Part shown: in pieces, positions 27,701 through 40,400 of the stretch
Numbering within the stretch: the first letter of the stretch is position 1
How the letters are laid out: the number at the start of each line of letters is the position of its first letter
Assembly: GCA_964016885.1 (NCBI GenBank)
Contig: OZ024747.1
Span: 18,290,001 to 18,354,000, forward strand
Source: Eledone cirrhosa
Lineage: Eukaryota
Direction of reading: 5' to 3'
DNA length: 64,000 bases
Translations under genes and position numbers: made by a program
The notes under the pieces: model-generated
Seen by the model: only the letters and a program-made list of their open reading frames with translations
What the model was told of the DNA's origin: nothing
Database searches by the model: none

Positions 27701-29817
27701 ATTTTCCCACGTTAGGCAAGATTGGTTGTCTTGCTCGTATAGGACTGTCTGGCGGGTTTTCTACGGCTGGATGCCCTTCCTAACACCAACCACGTTTACA
27801 GTGTGGACTGGGAGGTTTTTACCGTGTTACCTACACAGCCACATTACAGCGTGGACTGTAATGTTACCTCCACGGCCACATTACAGCATGGACTGGGTGT
27901 TTTTTTGTCGTGACACCTACACGACCTCATTTGTTTCGGCCTGGATGTTGTGGTACCAACATAATTTTACATTGAAAGGGGTGGTGTGGATGGGATGGGG
28001 GGGTATTTTTGTTAGAGGTGCCTACTGAGTGTAGGTTTCGCTTTGTACTTAGGCAAGGCGGGTCTTCTGTATTACTGTGTAGCGCCAAAGATCTTGGTCC
28101 AGAGACATTGTCTTGGAGAGGTGTAAGTGTGTGAGGTCGGAATTTATCAAGTCGTCCCAGGTTTTTCTGGGTCTGCCTACTCCGTGGCTACCGTCTATTT
28201 TTATCGCCCTGCACTTTTTTATACAGCTGTCGTCTTTCATGCGCATCACGTGACCATACCAACGTAGTCTTCTCTCGAGTAAACAACATCTGATCCCTCT
28301 TATTCCTAATTTCTCTCTTAGTTCGTTTATGCTTTGCTGTTCACGTATATTACTATTACACATCCAGCGGAGCATGCAAGCTTCGTTCCTCTCCAGTCTG
28401 CGTATATCCTCTGCACACAATGCCCAAGTCTCACTGCCATGTAACATTGCTGTTCGTATGCATGCATCATACAGCCTGCCTTTCATTTTTAGAGAGAACC
28501 CTTTAGCGGCCAATAGTGGTATAAGCTCTCTGAACTTTTTCCATCCCATTCTGACTCTAGCTACTGTACTTTCAGAGTACCCTCCACCACTGCTGATTTT
28601 GTCACCCAGGTAACGGAAGGTGTCCACTATTTCTATAGAACCATCTGTGCAATGGAATGAGCTAGTATTCTGTGGGCACTTGCTGCTACTTATTGCACCT
28701 GAGCACCGGCCACATATAAAATCTATATTCTTATATATATATATATAGTTGTATGGTTGCATGAAAAATGTGTCCGTAGGTGGTATGCCAGTTGAGCACT
28801 CAATGCAGAATCAGAGACGAACTCATATACTAAGCATATCTGACGACCTTTCGATTACAGATTCAGATTTGACCTATAATAGGTCTTGCCTCGAGCTGAT
28901 CGATAGTGAAACATATGTAATATGTGATTAAATATGTTATGATGCAACACTGAATCCGTGTTCCCTATCCTTATAGTATATGTATATATATATATGTAAA
29001 TATGAAAATAAGGGCGCTGCAGAGTTGCAAATGGGTTACATATGAAAAAAGTTTGTCCTTCATCAGTGATCTTCCAACCATCATAGGCATTTCATCGCTT
29101 TAAAGACCATATACCTCCAGTTGGTGCGAGCAACGGCTAAAAAAAGACGTTGGGACACGTAAATAAAGGGGACGCGAGGGTAAACAAACAAAATGGTGAA
29201 GCAACAGAAAGTGAGGAAGAAAGAGACAAGTCCCAGATTTCTATGAATTTAAATTCGGTGAAATCGTGAACGAGAGAATAAAGACCATCAAACCTGGTTG
29301 AAATGTGAGCAAGGAAGGAATTTCACACAGGTCTAACGGGAGGAAGAAGGGGTCTGGTCTGCGAATTTGGTAAACATAAGTTCTGTGAAATCGTAGACGA
29401 GAGAGAGAAAAAATTCATACCAGCTTGGCCAGCGTGCGGGAGAAAAGAATTACACACAGGTCAAACGGGAAGAAAGTGGAGGAGGAGAGGTAGTGACAGA
29501 GAATGAGTGAGTGAAGGGTGAGGAAGAGGCTAACAGAGAGAGAGAGACTGCTAGAAAGGGTAAAGATACATAGAACGAAAAAGACAGGTAGCAGCAGAGG
29601 AAAAATATGTGTAAATATGAAAATAAGGGCGCTGCGGAGTTGCAAATGGGTTACATATGAAAAAAGTTTGTCCTTCATCAGATATATAGTTATGTCAGGG
29701 GTAACCACAGTTAAAAAAGGTACTCAATACATTGGTAGAGTATAGGTATTTTTTATTTTATATAGAAATGACTTCTACACAACTAGAATTATTTCATTCG
29801 TATGAAATCATCAGGAA

Positions 29818-29874
<57 letters not shown>

Positions 29875-32800
29875 CTGGATGCCTCATTTTGTTTAAATGT
29901 TTGGCCTTGTTTAAATGTAAACATGCATTCCTTGCACAGAGCTGTTTGATTAACTGACTATCAATGTTCAATAATTGTTTCTACTTTAGGCACAAGGCCA
30001 GCAAATACCCAGTGCATTACTGGTACTTTATTTTATCGACCCCGAAAGGATGAAAGGTAAAGTCAACCTCGGCGGGATTTGAACTCAGATCGTAAAGGGA
30101 CGTAACTATGCTGGAAAGCATGGCGTCCGACCCAATGATAAAACCTTTGTTTCTATTTTTACTCTACTCATTTAATAACTAGGAAAAAAAAATTCATTTA
30201 TTAATCAGCCATTAATTTATATATTCATTTTAGGTGGAATATTTCTGTACTCTAATAAAGAAGGAGAGGACTTAACATTGATGAATAAGTTGTTGGTATC
30301 TGATGTTAATAACAGTTATGCTGGTAAGTCATATAGTATCTCCTTGATCCACACTCCACTTCTGTACATTCCACTGTTATCTTCTTCTCAAAGTAAACAT
30401 AGTGATATTCAAACAATATATAGAAATAAAGGAAAGGTAGTGACATTACCAATGATAGTATATATAACCAGACTCATTAACTGCTTAATGAAGACAACCA
30501 CAAGGATATGGTCCGAACGTGGAAGAGCCAAACTCCCACTGTCATCGCCTCCATCTCTCTCGCCCTCCGCATCTATCTGTATGGTGAGTAAATGGGGTCC
30601 CATGTGCTGGCCTCCCACACACAGCCCCGGCGGACAGAATGGAGAAGGCGTTTCCCCGGAGGATGGTAAGGGAGATGCGCTGGAAGAGCCATTCCAACTC
30701 GTGAGGCTCACACCTGCGGCTGGCCAGCTCAGCACCTATGATGGTGAGTAGGGAGGTGGTAGCCCTGGGGCCAAGGACACCAGAAGTCTCCACTGCCAAG
30801 GGCACGACCGCGAACCTGTTGGAGAGCGACCGGTACTTGGAGGGTTCGGCCTCCTCAGCCCGACATGCAGCAGAACCTGGGTTAGTCGCAGAAACAATGT
30901 ATTCTGACTGCTTTTTGCTGTTGTTATTTAGAGGGAGTACTGAAGTCATTTTAATTGAGTTAGCCCTTCACTCCAAATTTCAGGCCTTGTGCCTATATTA
31001 GAAATTATTATCTTTCATCCTTACAAGGTCGATAAATAAATTACCAGTCAAGTACTGGGGTCGATTTAATCCACTATCCCCTCCCCCCAAATTGCTGGCC
31101 TTGTGCCTTTAGTAGAAATAATTATTATCATTATTAATTATTTTCTCATTTAAGGTTATTCTGTATCTTCTGGAAAATTCTTTGATAATGGAGTTGAATA
31201 CTATGTAATGGGTGTTCCTCGTGATGGCAGTGGAGCTGTAAGTTATTTATGTTGGTGTCTTTCATTCTCTGATTTCCTTCAAGTGTTATGAAGTAAAAAA
31301 TAAACTCTTTGAGAGCTAAATAGAATATGAGAGAAAGTGTGTGAATGTGTATATATGGGTGTGTGTTTTCTTATAATTTAGCCAAGACTTTTGAAGGCCC
31401 TCACAGACTAGTGAGAATGATGTGGCTGATGCCCAACCTTGATATCTACTCATTAATGTTTTTTGGAAAAGCATGGGTAGGAAGAGAAGCTGAGTTGCTC
31501 TAAATGTTTGCAACAAAGCAAACTCAATTAAAAGTACCCAAAGACTACTCACTGAGTTCAAATTCCACTGAGGTCAACTTTGCCTTTCATCCTTATACCA
31601 CTATTGGCCACTAAAGGGTTCTCTCTAAAAATGAAAGGCAGGCTGTATGATGCATGCATACGAACAGCAATGTTACATGGCAGTGAGACTTGGGCATTGT
31701 GTGCAGAGGATATACGCAGACTGGAGAGGAACGAAGCTTGCATGCTCCGCTGGATGTGTAATAGTAATATACGTGAACAGCAAAGCATAAATGAACTAAG
31801 GGAGAAATTAGGAATAAGAGGGATCAGATGTTGTTTACTCGAGAGAAGACTACGTTGGTACGGTCACGTGATGCGCATGAAAGACGACAGCTGTTTAAAA
31901 AAGTGCAGGGCGATAAAAATAGATGGTAGCCACGGAGTAGGCAGACCCAGAAAAACCTGGGACAACTTGATAAATTCCGACCTCATACACTTACACCTCT
32001 CCAAGGTTGATAAAATAAAGCACAATTCCAAGTTGGTTGATTGATAGAATTAATAGAGCATTGGACAAGATGCCTTGCAGTATTTGTTCCAGATCTTTGG
32101 ATTCTGAGTTCAAATCCCATTGTGGCCTACTTGGGTGCGGTAGACTTAATCTATTGCCCAAGTTAACATCAACGCCTAGGGTGTTTTCTGCAAACTTTCT
32201 GACCAATTCTTCAATTTGAGGATACCTCCCACTAGGTTTTAAATTCCCAAGACATGCTGCATGTCATTACATCCCCACCCACAACTCCATCGGGAGTTAT
32301 GGGCTCATATATACATTCAATACATTAAAACAAAACAAAATTTAATTTTTCAGGTGATAATAACAGATGCACATAATAATGTTGTGCAACGTTTGGAGTC
32401 CGAATCTGAAGAGGTGAGTATATATTGGTTTTTCTTCCTTCAAATCTTGCCATATTTTAATAAGCAATGAAAAATATCCCCCAAGCCTTTCCATTACTTT
32501 CTACAAGCATCTATTTCAGACCAAACAACGTTTATAGAGAAACTAACCTGGGAACTTAAACAACAAATGTTGTGTGAGATTGAGAATGGAATCTTTCTAG
32601 TTAGACAGGCAAACTTGAGTCATGCAATGATATATTTATTCAGGGCAGACAAGAAGAGAGAGGTGGTATTAGGGAGGACATCCACCTGTAGAAACTAAGT
32701 CAAACAGAGAGTACAATCTGAACATAGTCACCTGACCATTCTGGTCTGAGCACATGACAGCCTGTCTAACCCATGCAAGCATGGAAAATAGACATTAAAC

Positions 32801-35800
32801 AGTGATAAGGATGAGTTCTACTTTGCTGGGAAGAACATCAAGGACCTGACAACCTCTCAAGTGTTATGATAAAATGTACCCAATACACTTTGTCATGTGG
32901 TTGGCATTAGGAAAGGCATTGATTTATAGATACCATGTCAAAAAAGGTAGAAAGGACTTTTCAATTATGTCAATGACATGATGACCTCCCTAGTGCTGGT
33001 GTCATGGTCAAATATTTCCAGTACATTCTGGAAAGGGGTTGGTGATAGGAAGGGCATTCAGCTGTTGAAACCATACCCCCAAAAAGGAATATATTGAGTG
33101 TGATTTGATCCGTAATAACATACCTAACCAATACTAACATGAAAAAGCAGACATAAATGGTGATGGTGATGATGGTGTGGCACTGAATAATGAACTTTTA
33201 TAATTGTTTCTACTTTTGACACAAGGCCAGCAATTATCCCAGTGCATTACTGGTACTTTATTTTATCTACCCCGTAAGGATGAAAGGCAAAGTTAACCTC
33301 GGCGGGATTTGAACTCAGAATGGCAAGGGCCGTAACTGTGCGTCAAAGCATGGTCTCCGATCCTCTACTAATACTGCCAATCCACCGCCATATAATGAAC
33401 TTTTATAATGGGACTTTTTTTTATTTGTTACCAGATTGGGTCATATTTTGGAATGAAACTGTGTGTTGTTGATATCAACAATGATGGACGGGATGATTTG
33501 TTGGTTGGAGTTCCTCTGGAGCTAGGAGACTCTAGAGAAGAAGGACAAGTTATTGTTTTTCAAAGTAATGGCAAGGTTAGTAACTATTTCTCTCTTTTCT
33601 TTACTGATTTGAACTCAAAACACAGAGATCCAGAACAAATACTGAAAGACATTTAATTCAGTTTTAAGCAAAAGCTATGTTGATAATTACTTAAAGGATT
33701 ATTCCTTTTGTATTTTAGAAACTTCAGAAAAAACAAGTACTCTATGGTGATAAAGTTGAAGGAGCTCGCTTTGGAAGTGCCATAACCAATATTGGGGATA
33801 TTGACAATGATAGTTTCATGGGTAAGTACTTTATTCTGTTAAGTAATTTTATTTATTTACCCTGCTTGGGTTGTTAAATTATAAATATAGGATTATTGAG
33901 TGACAAATGTACAATTTTTTAGATTTAACCCTTCAGAATTTAAACCGGCCGTATCCGGGCAGAATTCTCTCACCTATTTTTGTTCAAACTGGCTATAACC
34001 AGCTGCTCATACTTATGTTAAGGTATTGTTCTCAAAATAGATAATATCAAAATCTCATAGATTCAATGTTATATGAGATAATTATGTAAGATAAAGCCTT
34101 TACCGTGAATATATAATAATAAATATAGAGTAATGTAAATGCTAAAGGGTTAAATGTGCATTATTGTGGCGTAAATATGCATTATTGAGATATAAACGAG
34201 CATTATTTTGAAAAGCATAAATATTATGTACTATTGATAAATTCTTTGGAACATTCTTTTCATGTACTCTCCCTCTTTCTCTCTCCCCAGATATTGCTAT
34301 TGGTGCTCCATATGAAAATAACCTAGAAGGAGCTATTTATATCTACAATATAAATAAAGATGGATTCCCTTCTAGTTACTCACAGAAAATAACTGGTGAT
34401 GATGTTGCCATGGGACAAACTATGAAAGGTTTTGGTGTTTCAATTTCTCATTCTGTTGATGTAAATAACGACAACTGTCTAGGTATGAATTTCTTTTCCT
34501 TTTTAATATATTTTAATTTGTTTTGTTTTGATTTGTCTATGTGTTAGAATATTTTTTATTTTATTTTATTTTTAATCCCTTACCAACTTTCCCAGAACTG
34601 CCCCCACTTCTATGATGAAAAACCATTTGCTTTATACTGTTTGTAGTTAAATTTAAACCTTCCATTATAAGTAAAGAACCTTTACTTAAATTATGTTTTA
34701 AATACCAATTGGGAAAGTTAGTTATTTAAAGTTATGTTTCAAAGTTAATGAAGAAGTTAGCTATATTACTAAATTTTTCTAAACGTTTGATTATTTCAAA
34801 TATTAATTGAAAATTATTAGCTGTATATTTCATTAGAAATATTATTACAAAAGAGTTAACTGTTTTAATACTAAACTACCTGAAACTGACCCTGGTTGAA
34901 GCCCATCACTCACGAGTTCATAAAACAGCTGACTTCTTCCTGAGAAAGAGAGAGGAATAATCAACCCCAGTACTGGATTTTATTTATCAACCTCAAAAGG
35001 ATAAAAGGCAAAGTTGACCTTGGCAGGATTTGAACTGAGAGTGCAATTTAACACCCTAATGACTGCCAATTTATCAACTTCAGATTTTTATTAGATTTTA
35101 TTACAGACACCTTATCTTGTGGATCCCTGATTTTTTTTCACAGAGCCCACTTTGAGCTTGCTCATTGTTTCACCAATATTTTTAAAGCAATTGTATTTGG
35201 TTAGTTTCAATGTTAAACATTTTTTTTTTAATAAAAATTATTTTATAAATTCTGTCTTTTAAATTTTCAGATTTTCTTGTCGGAGCTTATTTGTCAAGCC
35301 AAGCTAGACTTTTGTTTTCTCGTCCTGTGCTTGATTTGAAATTAGAATTGTTACCTCAGTCAAAGAAGATTAATTTCAAAGATTATAACTGCCCAAAGTA
35401 TGGGAACAAAGCTGTGTGTTTCAAAGTAATTTTGAAGTTTAGTTATTTGCAAGTCAACAATCAAATGCCTTTGAAGATAGGTAAGATCAAAATTATCTTG
35501 TATTTGAATACTGTGTGTGTACCTGGTTTAGAATAGATATTCTGTATCCCTACATGTTGAATGAGGCGACTAAAAAAATTTGGTGTTAGGAAGGGCATAC
35601 AACCTAAAAATATTACTTTAAAAAGGGCCCCATTGTTGAGTATGAAGTATTTCATGGGGACTACAAAGATAAGACCTGCTATAATGGGGGTAAATTGCCT
35701 TAAACTGCTTGCTGCATTAAAATATTACACATTTAAAAAATATTTTGTGGTTTTTGTTGTTGGTTGTGCCCAGGTTAGCCCTCCTCCTTGCTCCTAGTCT

Positions 35801-37452
35801 ACACCTGGATCTCCTGCCAGCTGGTTTTGCCCATAAACATAAAATCTGTTCAGCAATTCTTTCCTGAGACATTATAACCATATGTCCATAGTATCAAAGC
35901 TGTGATCTTTCATTTCCAAGAAGTAATGACTCTCTGATCTCCGAGCTACACACTCTGTTGAGTAACATTACTCCAAGGACTCTTCGGAGAAACCCCATTT
36001 TGACCCCTTGTATTTGTAATTATTTTTTTGGTCATTACCCAAGATTCATGACCATAGATAAGGGTAGGCACAAACACAAATTGAAGATAGTGAGTTTGGC
36101 TTTTACACGTACCTCTCTTCTGAAATCCGAGTGCTGAAGCTGGGGCTTTACCATACCAGCTCCTGCAATTCTTGCACTTAATTCAGCCTCATGCCTTCCA
36201 TCACTCATGGTCGATGCGTTAGAGCTATGGACAAAAATCCTTTTTTGTTCCAGTTTATTCCAGTTTTCTGCTCGCTGGAAAAATTTGTCTGAAACTCTAA
36301 ATTATTCTACCAATCCACTGTCTAATATAATATAGTTTTAATTTGATATTGTGTTGTAATTTCAGATCTAGAAGGCATGCTACTAACTGGGTTAGGTTCT
36401 CATGTCAATACTTCACATAGTATAAAACAGTTTGGTTTTAAACTTGAGAATCAGAAAACCTTTGAAAAGGAGTTTTTGATTATTGAAAAGGTAATATAAA
36501 AATGTTTTCTTCTTCTTTTTTAGTTGCCATCATCGTCACCACCATAGCCACCATCCATTGTCGTCATCGTCTTCTTCTTCTTGATTATCCTCATTATTGT
36601 TGTTATTATTAATATTATAAGGATTGACAGAATCGGTAGAGCATCGGACACCATGCTTTGCAGTATAGAGTGACGGTCCTTTACATTCTGAGTTCAAATC
36701 CCGCCGAGGTTAACTTTGCCTTTCATCCTTACGGGCTCGATAAAATAAAGTACCAGTAATCAACTTTCACTTTCCCTTAAAAAAATTGCTGGCCCTGTGC
36801 CTAAAATAGAAACAATTATTATTATTATTATTATTTGGCCATGGCGAAAGAGATAGTATGGTGGACACGTTTGAAAGGGCTGAAGACGAGCACTTACCTC
36901 TTCGGTGATGCTCTGATTGACTTTTTCAAATTTCATTTGAAAAGGAAAATCAGAGTAGAGAGGGAAGTGCTCTCTTCCCAGCATTTTGTTGAAAGATGGG
37001 TGAGAGAAGCAAGAATGGCCCGAGTGAATGGGCCTACTCTGAGCATATATCTGTAAATTAAAGGTGGAAAACTGGGAGAGGGCACTTGCCTTGGTAGTCA
37101 GGGTCATTGTGGCTTTTTACTGGGCTTTCTCCACAAATGTCCCTCCGAAGTCTCCCCCCTATTGGGGAATTTTTCATTGTTATTTTTGTTACATCCTCTG
37201 TTTTTGTTTTTTACACGCAGAAATGCCCATTTGTACCGTCCTGCATTGTCCTGCACTGTCCTTAATGTCTACTTTATGTAAACCCTTGTGGTTAATAAAG
37301 AAATCATTATTATTTTATTGACCCCGTAAGGATGAAAGGTTAACTTTGCCTTTCATCCTTATGGGGTCGATAAAATAAAGTACCAGTAATGTACTGGGGT
37401 TGGTTTAATCGACTTTCCCCTCCTAAATTACTGGTCTTGTGCCCATACTAGA

Positions 37453-37492
<40 letters not shown>

Positions 37493-40400
37493 TATTTATT
37501 TTCCTTTTAGGACCACCCCAATATATTCCAGCCAATAGATATCACCATAAAAATGGCTTTGGCTAAAAATGCCAGTTGTAAAATATGTCCAATACTGAGA
37601 ACAAAAAGTTATCTAAAGAAGGTAATTATGTCTTTCTTTGTGTTGTTATTTATTATTTCTAAAGAAAGATACAGTCGGTCATCATTATCATCATCATATG
37701 TCTGTTTTCCATCTTGCTGACAGAGGTTGGTTGGAACATAGTCAAAGTCTAGACAGGTCAGATAACTATAGCTCTCTCGTATGTTCCGTTTTTGACATGG
37801 TTTCTACAAATGAATGCCCTTCCTAACACCAACCACTGAGAGGTCACAAGTGTGGTTGTTATGTCCTCAGCATAACTAAAGGGACCTCTATCAATCCTAG
37901 ATTGTTTCTGTCCAATAACCAACTGTACAGTGTATAGTGGGTGCATTTTATCGTAGCTTCAACAATATTGAGTTTGCCTTGAATTTCTCAAGACTAAGGA
38001 ATACTCACTACTGAAATGTGATGTGATTGTCATGGTTGGAACGCCTTGATCATAAATCTGCTACTTTAGAGCTGACATTGGGGAAAACATTAAAGGCAGG
38101 ATTTTTCTTTTAATACAGCATTGAACTAAGAAATTCATGACGCCTTACAATTCCATGTCAACTAGGTACCTTACTGTACCATGTCAACTAGGTACCTTAC
38201 ACTGCCACGTCAACTAGGTACCTTACTGTACCATGTCAACTAAATACCTTACAGTGCCATGTCAACTAGGTACCTTACACTGCCACGTCAACTAGGTACC
38301 TTACCTTACAGTGCCATGTCAACTAGGTACCTTACTGTACCATGTCAACTAGGTACCTTGCAATGCCATGTCAACTAAGTACCTTACAGTGCCATGTCAA
38401 CTAGGTACCTTACTGTACCATGTCAACTAGGTACCTTGCAATGCCATGTCAAATAGGTACCTTATAGTGCCATGTCAACTAGGTACCTTACTGTACCATG
38501 TCAACTAGGTACCTTGCAATGCCATGTCAAATAGGTACCTTACAGTGCCATGTTAACTAGGTGCCTTACTGTACCATGTCAACTAGGTACCTTACTGTGC
38601 TGTATCAACTAGGTACCTTACTGTGCTGTATCAACTGCTTTCTGCTATATTTGTATGAAGAAAAGATACAACTTCGGTAAATGTTAGCTTGCATGATGAT
38701 TCTAGAGCAAGGGAAATAACTCTTATATATCATCCTTTGAACCATGGAGTGTCATTAAGTTAGTGCTTATCCCTGTTTCATTGGCATTAAGCGACTGAGA
38801 TAAGACGCCAGTCCATCACAGTATTAATCCCCAACTACAGCTAAGTAGACTGGAGAAACATGAAATTAAGTGTTTTGCTAAAGTACATAGCACATTACCT
38901 GGTCCAAGAATTTAACCAACAACATTATCAAATCCAGCACCCTAACCAATAAGCCACGTGCCTTCACATGAAATGAAGATTATGTTTATAAGTAGAAACT
39001 ACAACAGATTTATTTACATGTGAACTCTCCCGACCAGATGTGGCATGGAGAGCCACATGGGCCAAATGGCATGGGGTTACTCCCCTTAGATTTTAATTTA
39101 TTTTATTTTATCCTGTTACCTGTGGTTACATCCATCATATATATACCAGTAACCTATATCCCTGTTCAGTGGTAGTTTTGGTGCACGATAAAAAGCACCC
39201 AGTTCACACTGTAATGTGGTTGGCATTAGGAAGGGCATCCAGCCATAGAAACCAAGCCAAAATACATGTTCGCCTGACTTGATTTGTCTCTTAATGTGAC
39301 AACCTGTCTTAACACATTCAAGCATAGAAAAATAGATGTTAAAACATGTTGATATGAAAATGATAAATAATTACAAAAAATTTTTTTTATTCAGTATATT
39401 TTAATTGATAAAACTATTTACGAGGTTTTCTTTCTTTTTTTGTTTTCCCCCTCAGATACCATTTGAACTTGATTGTGGTGATGATGATAAATGTACAACT
39501 GATTTGAAAGTTTCTGCTACTACTTCACTCGGTTATTTATTGTATGGCAAGGAGAAGAAATTCAGTGTTAAAGTTACTGTGCAGAACACTGTTAATCATG
39601 CTTATAATTCATTTGCTACTTTTGTTTTCCCCAAATATCTTCAATACATCCAAGCAATAAAAACTAGTGTACAACCAGACTTTGAATGTTCAACAGATAG
39701 TTCAGAAAAAGAAGACATGGTTCGTTGTACTCTGGGCAATCCCTTGCCTAGACAAACCAGTAGCTCATTTTCTCTAAGTTTCTCATCTACTGGGACCAAT
39801 GAACAAGCTGAAAATTCTATAAATATTACTGTTAAAACTAAAAGTGCTGAAAGCCCAGAAAATCTGAAAAATAATAAAATGACTCTCAACATTCCTAACA
39901 GAATGAAATCTGTCACAAATTTCAATGGGTAAGTTTTAAGGGATTTTTTTTTTCCCCACATATTTTTCAATTTATTTGATCCTTTCATTATATTTTTAAT
40001 GAAAAACACTGTGTTGGACTTTCAAATCATTTTGAAAATACTCAAGAATTTTGAGGGATTTAGTAATATATATATAATATTCTTGTTATTTATCAAGTGT
40101 TTAAAGCACATTTTTTCACACTCAGAGTTGCTGAAGCATGGAACAAACTGCCTGCGTCAGTTGTTAGCTGCCGAGACACTGCCGAGACACTGCATCCTTG
40201 AAAACACTCATGCTTCCCGAGATACGCCAAAACTACACCTGATGTACCCCTTCCATACACACGCACACATGTGTATATCATGACTCATGCACTGTTCATT
40301 TTCCTGACGTTTGTACATTACCCTATGTACTATACATACACTTTTTGATGAGTTGTAGTGCACCTGAGCACTGTACACAATATTTCATTATTATTATATA

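Noticed and set aside
38152-38637. CRISPR-like appearance
   Set aside because: Variable parts are about 7 nt and recurrent, the context is a eukaryotic intron, and there are no cas genes.
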